A stretch of 64,000 nt of DNA from a virus (Duplodnaviria; Caudoviricetes), in the IMG/VR virus record IMGVR_UViG_3300013947_000019, positions 128,001-192,000 of that record; one strand, given 5' to 3'. A program made the position numbers and the translations under genes. Shown piece by piece: positions 20,443-29,712 of the stretch (position 1 is the stretch's first letter; each line of letters begins with the position of its first letter). A model generated the notes under the pieces. The model worked only from the letters and a program-made list of their open reading frames with translations. It searched no databases and was not told the DNA's origin.

Positions 20443-20496
20443 TAGGTCAAATAAAGAAAAAAAAAGAAAATATAGGGAGGAGCCGAAGCCCCTCCC
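20428..20496. repeat. 69-bp perfect direct repeat, copy 1 (site arm plus terminator)
   Basis: Identical to 57806-57874. Confidence 0.9.
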
Positions 20497-20506
20497 TATT
20501 ATTTAT

Positions 20507-22159
20507 TTAATTTTCTTTTGTTTCAACCATTGTATTAATTCTGTTTACAGGAAATCCTGCAGCACCAGGATGACCGCCACCACCATTCAATACAGCAACA
20601 TCATAACAGTTGATATTGTTTGTATTATTGGGATTAACAGTCAGTTGGCAGATCATTTTCCCTTCATCATTTGGTTGGAAGATCATACTCATATCAATAT
20701 GCCTTCCCTGTGCATCCATATTCTTCATTGCCAACTTAGCAAAAGTATGAACATTTACTTCCTCAGGAAGCTTATTACGATGAACCTGATAAAGGATATG
20801 ATAATTCTTATCCTCAGGGAAATCTACCAGCATAGTAGCGGGTTCACCCGCAGTATCATATCCCATAAAGATATAATTCTTATGCGGTTTAGTTTCATCA
20901 ATAAGTTCTTCGCAGTAAGAGTGCAGAAAACCGGTATACTCGACATTCATACTATAGATCATCTGTACGACATTATTGACAAAAGAATATACAATATTGG
21001 GCTGCTCAACAAACTGTCTAATTTCTTTTTCTACACTATTATCTATCAAATTCTTAGATCCACAGATCGGACATCTGATATATTCTGTATCTGTAGCATA
21101 ATCATATATTCTCTGGGGAATGATTTGTCCACAGTTAATACATGTATGTGTATTATGATCCTCCATCTGTGAATCAGTATAATATATCTGAAGGATAATA
21201 GCTTCGAAAACATTCTCAATAAAATATCGATACGCAACACCAGGATCTAGCTTTTTGACATGTCGATACAGTTCAGCGTTCAGAATAATCTGAGGACTTA
21301 CATGTTGAATAATAGCCTTAATATAATCGATTTTGGGACTATTCGCCAATTCATCCAGATCAATAAGGAAATTGCCCTGTCGTCCAAGATCATATTCATT
21401 TACGTAGTAGAAATAATCTTTTACGATAGAACTATCCGACAGCCTGTCACATATATTTTTGTCTGTCCAATCGATCTTATTGGCCAGAATGAACCACAAC
21501 ATGCTAGCACAATAGCTGTTACAGATGAACATATCGACAGAAACATGCGAATTATATTTATTGGTAAATTCCTGATGGGCTGTAGTCGCAGTAACAGCGA
21601 TATCATTCTTAGGTTTGAACTCAAAGCTACCACAGCTCAGCTTATATGGATCATCACCAAGGCTAAATCTATTATAATAATCTACAGAAGATTCAGCAGG
21701 TGCAAATGGAGAGGTATCAATCTTCGTATACTTAGACTGATGATGATCAATGACGATAAAATGAATATTCTTTGGATTAAATTCACAGTACTCATCTGAG
21801 CATAGAAGAGAGTTTTCTGCGATATCATTCAATTTCTCGATTTCGATAGAACCAAAATCAGTAATCAGAATCCAGAGATCTTCGATTTTAGTTTTATACA
21901 TTTTTTGCATGCGTACCCATTTCTGGATAGTACTGTTAATGACATCATACAGCTCAGGAACCATCTTGGATGTATACACAGTATCAACATACTGTGTTCT
22001 GATGATACGTTCAGGACCAAGGTGATCTACCAAAGCGCAGGATACTCCATCCAGATCAGTATGTGTAATATGGATGAAGTTTCGATAATACTCTTTTTCA
22101 ACACCTTTCTTCATGTCTCGCAGGGAATTTACAAAGCGAATAGAATTGACAATAGACAT
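20507..22159 (-). CDS. DHH/DHHA1 family phosphoesterase with zinc-ribbon insertion
   Basis: HTDLDG, ITDF, IDHH, GGGHPGAAG; CINC...CPIC insertion. Confidence 0.8.
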   Translation of the reverse strand: MSIVNSIRFVNSLRDMKKGVEKEYYRNFIHITHTDLDGVSCALVDHLGPERIIRTQYVDTVYTSKMVPELYDVINSTIQKWVRMQKMYKTKIEDLWILITDFGSIEIEKLNDIAENSLLCSDEYCEFNPKNIHFIVIDHHQSKYTKIDTSPFAPAESSVDYYNRFSLGDDPYKLSCGSFEFKPKNDIAVTATTAHQEFTNKYNSHVSVDMFICNSYCASMLWFILANKIDWTDKNICDRLSDSSIVKDYFYYVNEYDLGRQGNFLIDLDELANSPKIDYIKAIIQHVSPQIILNAELYRHVKKLDPGVAYRYFIENVFEAIILQIYYTDSQMEDHNTHTCINCGQIIPQRIYDYATDTEYIRCPICGSKNLIDNSVEKEIRQFVEQPNIVYSFVNNVVQMIYSMNVEYTGFLHSYCEELIDETKPHKNYIFMGYDTAGEPATMLVDFPEDKNYHILYQVHRNKLPEEVNVHTFAKLAMKNMDAQGRHIDMSMIFQPNDEGKMICQLTVNPNNTNNINCYDVAVLNGGGGHPGAAGFPVNRINTMVETKEN

Positions 22160-22234
22160 AATATTATTCTCCTTTTAAAGTATTTTTATGGAAAAGAAAG
22201 TAGACAGGAGATTTAATTTCTCCTGTCTACTATT

Positions 22235-22244
22235 ATAATATATA
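22235..22244 (-). promoter_or_regulatory. Early-type phage promoter motif TATATA(T/C)TAT (representative copy)
   Basis: Also at 1527, 10965, 29610, 35767 (1 mismatch), 42523 and 61438; all intergenic, minus strand, upstream of gene clusters. Confidence 0.6.
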
Positions 22245-22270
22245 CTTCAAATATTGTTCAAAAATGGAAC

Positions 22271-22792
22271 TCAGTTTAATCCCTTGGTAATATCATCGAG
22301 TACCAGATCACCCTCATCGGGACCCTGTACATCATCGGCATCATCTACCAAAGGAATGTTGCCCATCTCATTGGTATCCATCTGAGCAGGGAATCCACGA
22401 GATGCCCAGACATCCAGGAAATGCAGCTCATCGATATAAGATGTCAGAACCACTTCATCCTGATAATAGGGATAGCAAGCACGACGAGTACCAGTATGGC
22501 CCATGCTAGCACCATAGAAGATAAACTCCTTCAGGATATTCTCACAGCAAGGCAGATACAGAGTACTGGTAGTATCATACTTACCGCTCTTGATAGCAAG
22601 CTCCTGAGGAACCAGCATCTCATACTGAGAAACGGTACCAAGAGTCTGATGGCGCATCTGAACCTTCAGATCCAAACTACGACGCAGACAGGCACTAGCC
22701 TCTTCGATAAACTTCAAACCAGCCAAAGGTTTCTCACTCTTAATCAGAAACTTATCAGGCGTTTCCGGAATAAGAATAAGTTTAAACTCCAT
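22271..22792 (-). CDS. Hypothetical protein
   Basis: 173-aa ORF with SD and late-type promoter. Confidence 0.7.
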   Translation of the reverse strand: MEFKLILIPETPDKFLIKSEKPLAGLKFIEEASACLRRSLDLKVQMRHQTLGTVSQYEMLVPQELAIKSGKYDTTSTLYLPCCENILKEFIFYGASMGHTGTRRACYPYYQDEVVLTSYIDELHFLDVWASRGFPAQMDTNEMGNIPLVDDADDVQGPDEGDLVLDDITKGLN

Positions 22793-22866
22793 AAATTCAC
22801 CCCATTCCTATAGGAAAGTATTGGAAAGAAATAATCATTACCCTTATATGTATGTCCAATGTTAAA

Positions 22867-23094
22867 TCAGTCATACTTACTAGATGGTCCTTGTGCAGCT
22901 AAGAAGTTGCGCATTAATTTATCTATAATACGACCTTCTGAAGTATTACAAGCAATTGCCATCTGTGTAATATGATAAGCAGTTTGCGATGTTACATGAT
23001 AATTCTTTCTGATGATCCTAGGTTTATGTGGATCGAAAGTAGTATCTGAACCCTGCTTATTGGTAGGTTTATGATTATGGGGTTTCGTTTTCAT
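22867..23094 (-). CDS. Small hypothetical protein
   Basis: 75-aa ORF with AAGGAG SD. Confidence 0.55.
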   Translation of the reverse strand: MKTKPHNHKPTNKQGSDTTFDPHKPRIIRKNYHVTSQTAYHITQMAIACNTSEGRIIDKLMRNFLAAQGPSSKYD

Positions 23095-23142
23095 ATCAAC
23101 AAATCTCCTTGTCCGATATGATACTCGAAGATGAATTAATTA

Positions 23143-23796
23143 TTACTCTTCAGAATCGTTAATAGGCTCATCTTCGAAAGTAGTAGCACTAGACTGGGCA
23201 GCCTTTTCAGCAGCCTCAGCTGCAGCAGCTCTACGAGCAGCACGACGTTCAGCCTTAGTCATCCCAGCATAGGGATTGGGAGTAGACTCAGTTTTAACTT
23301 CAACGGTTTCTGTATCAACGACAGGAGTCTCAGTCTCTGGAATTTCATCCACGGGATCAGCAATAGGAGCAACCTCCTCTTCCTTGATCTCAGTATTTGT
23401 ATTATCTTCAGTAGTCTCCACCACCGAGTTTTCAGGCTCTTCAACAACCGGGGAACTCGGAACCACAACAGGATCAGTTACTACAGGAGTAACAGGAATG
23501 GGCTCTTTCATAACAATCGTCTTTCCTTCGTCAGCAGGATCCATACCAGCAATCTCTTCATAAGAGAGACGATAGTTCTCAAGAGTCAAACGAACAGGAT
23601 CACTAAAGACCTTGGGTTTGTCAGTCGGAATAACCTCATATACAGTAACCTTCTCACGACCGGTCTGCTGCAGCAGACCTCCAATTACATCAATTGGAGT
23701 ACGAGTAGGCTGAGTCAGAGGACCATGTTCCGGACCGAAACAACTATGCATAGCATACAGGGGAGCATATTCCGGAATCAGAATATATTTGGTCAT
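23143..23796 (-). CDS. Hypothetical protein with acidic P/E/V/T-rich tail
   Basis: 217-aa ORF, GAGGTG SD. Confidence 0.7.
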   Translation of the reverse strand: MTKYILIPEYAPLYAMHSCFGPEHGPLTQPTRTPIDVIGGLLQQTGREKVTVYEVIPTDKPKVFSDPVRLTLENYRLSYEEIAGMDPADEGKTIVMKEPIPVTPVVTDPVVVPSSPVVEEPENSVVETTEDNTNTEIKEEEVAPIADPVDEIPETETPVVDTETVEVKTESTPNPYAGMTKAERRAARRAAAAEAAEKAAQSSATTFEDEPINDSEE

Positions 23797-23898
23797 GTTG
23801 TTTTCACCTCATACATATTAGAGTTTATAAACCATATCCTGGATCTCATTACAAGACCCAGGATATTAATGGTTATTCAAGTTTCTTGTATTAGAAAA

Positions 23899-24501
23899 TT
23901 ACTTATCTTCCTTCTTATCAGGCATATTATCAACTTTCTCCTTGAGTTTTTCGATTTCCTTAGTCATCTTATCATAACCAGCTAAGATTTGTGCACGAGA
24001 ATAGCCAGCACCACGAGCAATACCAAACATCAACTCAAGGAAAGCATTCTTCTTACGTTCAGGATGTTTATTAGAATACTGAGCACCCTTATCCACCTGA
24101 TTTCTAAGAGTGAGCCAGTTGGAAATGAAACCAACCCGGTATGCAATAATACCGAAATAAGGAATAATGGACATGACCATACTGATTACAATATGCTCAA
24201 GGAATCCATCATCTTCAATTTCTTCAGCTTCTTTGCGACCCTTTTTAATAAGTTCTAATGCTTTATCCAAATGCTTTTTAGCATTTTTCTTATCGCCATC
24301 TTTAATAGCAGAAGAAGCAGCCTTAGCCTCATCACGAACATCTTTTGCAGTACCCATCAGTGCATGTTTAATGGACTGAAATGCACCCTTATTGACTTCA
24401 TTCATAACATCAGCACACTCGAGCATAGCAGTGCCACCAAACATACGTACAGCTTCAACATCACAGCCCTCAGAAATAGCTCTCAGATCAACAAGTTCCA
24501 T
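23899..24501 (-). CDS. Probable virion protein
   Basis: 200-aa ORF with N-terminal xxE motifs and a hydrophobic segment. Confidence 0.5.
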   Translation of the reverse strand: MELVDLRAISEGCDVEAVRMFGGTAMLECADVMNEVNKGAFQSIKHALMGTAKDVRDEAKAASSAIKDGDKKNAKKHLDKALELIKKGRKEAEEIEDDGFLEHIVISMVMSIIPYFGIIAYRVGFISNWLTLRNQVDKGAQYSNKHPERKKNAFLELMFGIARGAGYSRAQILAGYDKMTKEIEKLKEKVDNMPDKKEDK

Positions 24502-24520
24502 ATTATTTTACCCCATTTCT

Positions 24521-24952
24521 TTACATATTTTCAAGATCTTCCATCATTTCGCAAGACAGATCCAGACCCTCATCACTCATAAAGCGAGGCTGATCCTTCA
24601 CACCATCACGAATATCCTTATTCGGATGACCAATCTTCTCATCATCATACCAAGGACCCTTACAAGCCTCAGTAATCACAACATTAATCTCATTCTCCTC
24701 GGAATCATCATCCAGCATCTCATCGATCGTCTCATCATCGATACCATCGCCGATGATCTTATCAAGAGCACTGTCGACTTTATTCATGACCTCAGGAGGA
24801 ATGGAATCCACATCGATCTCGGCATCCAGATCATCTTCATCTTCCGGATCCAGATACTCTTCCTCAGCATTCAGCACGGATTCCAGGATCAATTCATTCT
24901 CCTGCTCTTCACGCTTAGCCTTGTTAAAAGCTTCATTCAAGCCTTGCAGCAT
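24521..24952 (-). CDS. Highly acidic protein, probable head/scaffold component
   Basis: D/E-rich; LNEA, ILES and ITEA motifs; late-type promoter. Confidence 0.5.
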   Translation of the reverse strand: MLQGLNEAFNKAKREEQENELILESVLNAEEEYLDPEDEDDLDAEIDVDSIPPEVMNKVDSALDKIIGDGIDDETIDEMLDDDSEENEINVVITEACKGPWYDDEKIGHPNKDIRDGVKDQPRFMSDEGLDLSCEMMEDLENM

Positions 24953-25002
24953 TATGTCATACCACCTTTCTATAGTGTCGTATTATATGTTTGTTCTCAT
25001 GT

Positions 25003-26319
25003 TTATTTCTGAAGCCCCTGAATATACTTCTTATATGCACCTAAAATAATAGGAATCAAGAAATAGTTTTCACAAGTCTTCTTATCTTCAACGACCAGGT
25101 TTTCCCAGTCGATATCTTCTTTATTCCACCAAGCAATGATTGCATTTCTTAAATGGGGGTTATAATCACTTTTAACCTCTTCACCGTTGATATATTCACA
25201 TCCAGTGCATTGGCAGTTCATCTTTTCGTCAAACCATTCGGTTTCATACTTGTCATTATTCACAATCCGCTGCATGAATTCATCATCCCATTCAGGGCAC
25301 GTCGTACACATCAGATTGCAATCACAAGTAGTACCATAGTTTTCAAAGTAGATTAAATGCTTACCTTTCCATTTACCAATTCGAGGATCCATACTATAAG
25401 ATTGTGGATATTTAAACTCATCAATCTTATTCTTATGATCCTGCGAGTATAACCGATACAGAATTGATCTGCGATAGGTATAATCATCGATATAAATATC
25501 GGGACAACTCATATAGATTGGTTGGATATTCATCTTATAGTTATTGATTGCATAGAAGATCAAGCTATCATAAATAACAATACCTTCATCAAACATCATT
25601 TTCCATAAGGTAATATCCAGGAAAGCATATGTAGCATCAGTTTCTTTATCATATATTCCGTCATAGATAAATGCAGAACGAGTACGATCATAGAAAAGCA
25701 TACGATACATATCTGCCAGGTTCACATAGTTCTTGACATGATCTTGAATTTGGAAATAAGATTCTTTCTTGATCACTAAGTTCTTATCAGCACCCAGAGC
25801 AGACACTGTCATCATATAATTATCTTTTACTTGTTTCTTAAGTAAAGCAATTTGATTAACATCTCGACTAAATAATCTGAAAGAAACTTCTACAAAGGGA
25901 TTACTCCGTGCAGTCGTCATGGTTACCCCATCTACAATATATAAAGCAGGAACTTGTGACCCATTAATGGTAAACATATCTCCTTCTTTAGGTACAATTG
26001 TATTTGGGAAAATAATACCCTGACTCTGCAGGTTTTCCTCATGACCAAGCTCTTCATCAAACTCAGACTGTGTTACCAGATTATCGATACCCGACATAGG
26101 AAGGTTTTCAATCTCATTATATACAAGATTAGAAGTCGGTCCAATATAATCTTCAATATTACGGAATCCACCAATGGTAGTGGATAGATCTGCATCTACC
26201 GAGAAGTAGTCTACAAAAAGTTGTGGTGTCTGTAATACGGTTGCAGCATTGGATAATTCATTGGCAATATAATTATCCGACTGCCGTTGAATGATATCCT
26301 GCTGACTGATAATTTTCAT
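25003..26319 (-). CDS. Probable virion structural protein
   Basis: 438-aa ORF, AGGAGG SD, late-type promoter at 26369-26380. Confidence 0.5.
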   Translation of the reverse strand: MKIISQQDIIQRQSDNYIANELSNAATVLQTPQLFVDYFSVDADLSTTIGGFRNIEDYIGPTSNLVYNEIENLPMSGIDNLVTQSEFDEELGHEENLQSQGIIFPNTIVPKEGDMFTINGSQVPALYIVDGVTMTTARSNPFVEVSFRLFSRDVNQIALLKKQVKDNYMMTVSALGADKNLVIKKESYFQIQDHVKNYVNLADMYRMLFYDRTRSAFIYDGIYDKETDATYAFLDITLWKMMFDEGIVIYDSLIFYAINNYKMNIQPIYMSCPDIYIDDYTYRRSILYRLYSQDHKNKIDEFKYPQSYSMDPRIGKWKGKHLIYFENYGTTCDCNLMCTTCPEWDDEFMQRIVNNDKYETEWFDEKMNCQCTGCEYINGEEVKSDYNPHLRNAIIAWWNKEDIDWENLVVEDKKTCENYFLIPIILGAYKKYIQGLQK

Positions 26320-26441
26320 AGACTATTTCACCTCCTATTTTTACCGGATTTTCTCGGATATCTCTTTATATAGTAATGTTTTCTGTATCCTTTAGTATAA
26401 AAGATCCCTCTCCTGAGAAAGGAGAGGGAAGATTTATTTTA

Positions 26442-27155
26442 TTAAGAGAATGTAATTTCATTAGTAGAATAATCAAAATAAAAAGTAATTGAATATACAT
26501 TATCATTTATCATAGTAAATCCTAAATCTTTAGTATTACCCACACCAACATCAATTGTAGCTAGGTTTTCATAAAATAATAAATCATTTTTAAATACCAT
26601 TTTAGATATATTTAATGTTAATTTATGATAATTGGTATTTGCTGATACATATACTTTACTATACCCAGAACCAGTAATATTATTTATTGAATACGATCTA
26701 TCAGTTGATAGGTTTGTACCAGCTGTGTATATAGTATTACCGTTTATTACCGGTAATGTGGCAATACTATTTTTAAGCAATGCTCCATTAACAGAATTTA
26801 AATTTATAACTGGTAAGCTACTAATATTTCTTATATTATCAGCCATAGTTTGGAAAGTCGCCGAACTGGCAGTGCTAACACCCTTGTCAGTAATCGCACT
26901 AGCTATAAGCGACTTTCCATTACTGACAGATATTTTTACCTCATTTAATTGTGCAGTAGTAGCATAGCTACCTACTGGTTGATATACACCACTATGATTG
27001 TGGTTAGCAGCAGCGTATGAACCAGCAGGTTGGTATATTCCATTATGGTTATGATTGGCTGCTGCATAGTTTGATGGATTGATAGATCTAGATGTACCAT
27101 CATTTCCTTTATATATTAAACTCGTCTGGCCAGTCACGAGCTGGCCGGAACTCAG
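26442..27155 (-). CDS. Headless tail-fibre cassette A (no SD; frame begins inside the 24-bp site)
   Basis: Frame LSSGQLVTGQTSLIYKG starts at the CT of site 2 with an in-frame TGA just upstream; YAAANHNH repeats and ITDKGV module. Confidence 0.7.
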   Translation of the reverse strand: MSSGQLVTGQTSLIYKGNDGTSRSINPSNYAAANHNHNGIYQPAGSYAAANHNHSGVYQPVGSYATTAQLNEVKISVSNGKSLIASAITDKGVSTASSATFQTMADNIRNISSLPVINLNSVNGALLKNSIATLPVINGNTIYTAGTNLSTDRSYSINNITGSGYSKVYVSANTNYHKLTLNISKMVFKNDLLFYENLATIDVGVGNTKDLGFTMINDNVYSITFYFDYSTNEITFS

Positions 27156-27166
27156 AAATCACGGCC
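27143..27166 (-). repeat. 24-bp recombination-like site 2
   Basis: + strand GGCCGGAACTC-AG-AAATCACGGCC; terminator at 27194-27223 immediately upstream on the minus strand. Confidence 0.75.
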
Positions 27167-27229
27167 TAGGTCAAATAAAGGAAAAAAAAAAGAATACTCC
27201 CGAGGATCAACCCCCGGGAGTATCTTTTC

Positions 27230-28273
27230 TTATACCAATGTGACTGTATCCATCTTAATATCTTCAGCAGCATGACCAAAGTCTTCCGCTTTTGTATTAT
27301 AATGAATATACACGTGAATTAAATTCATATGAGTTTCCAGATCTTTTACTAGTTTCTCATACTTGCTTACTTTAACTTCACTATCAGACCATATATGCAA
27401 CTCGACATCCAATAATCCCCACTGTTTTACGATATGTTGGATTGTATTCTTATATTCAGAACCACAGTTGGCTAACCAGAGAATATTCTGTTTATCTTTC
27501 TGATCTTTATAGATCTTTCCACAATGCAGATATGCTCCTAATATACTGAATGCACCTTCTGCTACATTAATAATAGCCGGTTTTGGATTCAGTATATCTA
27601 TTGTGGAAGGAATACCATAAATCTTTGTATCATTAGGATCAGGTTTACCGCTAGCTCGATATTGCGTATATCGTTTACCAGTCTTTTGATTTTTAGATAC
27701 ATCACGAAGAATTAGATAATCAGAATATAAACTGACAAATCCGATCGTATAACTATTCAGAGTATCACAATAGTTTTCATTGAATGCAAGTCGTTGAATA
27801 TTATTGATTGATAGAAAGTCATATAAACTTAATTGGATCTTTAAATCTCGAAGTTGGTATGGTTCAAGATTTACTCCAAGGCGTTTATTGATATAAGCAA
27901 GTTTTCGACGGTTTACGTTGGTATCCAGATTAACTAGTTCATAGTCTCTTTTCTTTCTTGCTATAAACTTTTTATCTGATTTAAGATTGATCGTTTTATT
28001 GTAGTTTTCAAGTTCTAATAAAGTTTCAGCATCTCTACACCCAGCTGCTTCCAGATCTTTTGGTTTCAGGAATCCTTTAGCTCCACAAGACATTCTGAAA
28101 CAGCAGAACTTAATAGGTTCTCCAATATCTGGATCAATCTTGATACTCATGGATCCACCACCGTCTTTGTATCCTCCACAGATCCAACATTCACAGGTGG
28201 CTTGTTGACCATCACTGGATTCTACAAATTTAGGTAATGATCGAAGAAACTCCTTCGTCAATTCCAGGCTCAT
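27230..28273 (-). CDS. DNA primase (zinc finger plus TOPRIM)
   Basis: CWIC...CFRMSC zinc finger; VAEGAFS and WSDSE TOPRIM-like motifs; terminal EDFG. Confidence 0.7.
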   Translation of the reverse strand: MSLELTKEFLRSLPKFVESSDGQQATCECWICGGYKDGGGSMSIKIDPDIGEPIKFCCFRMSCGAKGFLKPKDLEAAGCRDAETLLELENYNKTINLKSDKKFIARKKRDYELVNLDTNVNRRKLAYINKRLGVNLEPYQLRDLKIQLSLYDFLSINNIQRLAFNENYCDTLNSYTIGFVSLYSDYLILRDVSKNQKTGKRYTQYRASGKPDPNDTKIYGIPSTIDILNPKPAIINVAEGAFSILGAYLHCGKIYKDQKDKQNILWLANCGSEYKNTIQHIVKQWGLLDVELHIWSDSEVKVSKYEKLVKDLETHMNLIHVYIHYNTKAEDFGHAAEDIKMDTVTLV

Positions 28274-28847
28274 GATTACTTACTCCTTTATTAAACTTCT
28301 TCTCTCGTTCCTCTGCTTCTCTTATCAGTTTATCAATCTGTTCCTGACCTTCTCTTTTGATACGATCAGTATATGTCTTGATATCTTCTTCAGTAATAGA
28401 TCGAAGAAATTGTAAAGTTTCAGTATCACTATTTAGTTTTTCTCGTCTGTTCTTCTCTTGTTTAACTTTCAATCTCCAAAATCGATATTTAATACAATCC
28501 CAACAGCTGAAAGCTAATTCAATATCCTTATCAGTATATTTATAATACTTATCAGTAACCGGATCGTATTCTGCATCAGTCATATCACCTGTAGCATTCC
28601 TACATCTTATTCCACCGCTCGATATAACTGGAATTACTTCATATCTTTCTCTAATGTTTCTATATACCGAAGCAGAATATAATTTCCAGCTATCTGGATT
28701 AATTGCATATATCTTCTTAAAAGACTTCAACGGAATTTTAGTAATATTTCTACAACTATCTCTCCAGGAATTTATATTAATAATGATAATAGCAATCAGC
28801 GGAGATAGAAGCATTAATATTATAAAAAGTGTATTATCGTTTCCCAT
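28230..28847 (-). CDS. Hypothetical membrane-anchored protein
   Basis: N-terminal TM helix; SD GGAG. Confidence 0.6.
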   Translation of the reverse strand: MGNDNTLFIILMLLSPLIAIIIININSWRDSCRNITKIPLKSFKKIYAINPDSWKLYSASVYRNIRERYEVIPVISSGGIRCRNATGDMTDAEYDPVTDKYYKYTDKDIELAFSCWDCIKYRFWRLKVKQEKNRREKLNSDTETLQFLRSITEEDIKTYTDRIKREGQEQIDKLIREAEEREKKFNKGVSNHEPGIDEGVSSIIT

Positions 28848-28849
28848 AT

Positions 28850-29167
28850 TTAATTCATCTCCATATGATCAAATAGATTTTCGAGTCGGTAGCCAGATTT
28901 CGGATTATACATTGTAATCGTACCTCGTGTACTAGTTATATCTGATTTTTCAGAATAATTTGCATTAGTTGTGATAGTACAGTTAGTATCACCACAATAA
29001 TCATTAGATAATGCTAGATAAAATGAGGCACTCAGAATTGCCAATTTCTTTGCTTTCTCAAGACTATAACTATCATCGCCACTATCGCAAATCTCCATTA
29101 TCTTTCTCTGGATTTCTTGTACTTCAGCTTCATCTATAGGAGTTTTAAACCGATCAAATAATCCCAT
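28850..29167 (-). CDS. Hypothetical protein
   Basis: 105-aa ORF coupled to neighbours. Confidence 0.6.
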   Translation of the reverse strand: MGLFDRFKTPIDEAEVQEIQRKIMEICDSGDDSYSLEKAKKLAILSASFYLALSNDYCGDTNCTITTNANYSEKSDITSTRGTITMYNPKSGYRLENLFDHMEMN

Positions 29168-29547
29168 TAATTTCTTTCCTCCACCGTATAAATCTTACCA
29201 TCGATACTAATAATATTATATTTTTCAGTAAATTCATTCATAGTTACAGAATCATCTACTGATACTTGATACTGAGTTTTATATGCAGTCGGTTTATCCT
29301 GTAAATAAAAACATAGAGTACTAGTAAGACCGACACTTATCATAGTAGCAACTAAGATAATAACTGGTGTTCTACACCACCAACAAGATTCTTCAACATC
29401 ATCATATTTCTTAATAGAATGTATGATAATAACTAATGAAATAATACCGAGAATAAGCACAATAAGAGATATAGTACACTTAATATCCCAAATATGTCCT
29501 GTTTCTGCTACTATTTCCATAGAATTAAGAATTGTTACGCCCTTCAT
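29167..29547 (-). CDS. Hypothetical two-TM membrane protein
   Basis: Two hydrophobic helices; GGAGG SD before MKGV. Confidence 0.6.
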   Translation of the reverse strand: MKGVTILNSMEIVAETGHIWDIKCTISLIVLILGIISLVIIIHSIKKYDDVEESCWWCRTPVIILVATMISVGLTSTLCFYLQDKPTAYKTQYQVSVDDSVTMNEFTEKYNIISIDGKIYTVEERN

Positions 29548-29638
29548 AAATAAAGCCTCCATAATGTTATTATAGTTTGGTTAGTATAATATTCCTTTTA
29601 TACACTAATATAATATATATTTAGAATTTCACTACTCG

Positions 29639-29650
29639 AACAAACCTATA
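29639..29650 (+). promoter_or_regulatory. Late-type phage promoter motif (A/G)ACA-N6-TA (representative copy)
   Basis: Also at 9240(+), 11031(+), 44073(+), 5395, 16828, 22845, 24984, 26369, 34421, 36606, 44046 and 55846 (-). Confidence 0.6.
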
Positions 29651-29712
29651 ATATGACAAGGTGATTTAAAAGAAACACCACTAAGCTCACTACGAAGGGG
29701 TGTGTATAAAAT

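Noticed and set aside
26342-26365. TACCGGATTTT-CT as an eighth, inverted recombination site
   Set aside because: Only one arm matches; similar CGGATTTTC words occur by chance inside genes (about 58830 and 60401)
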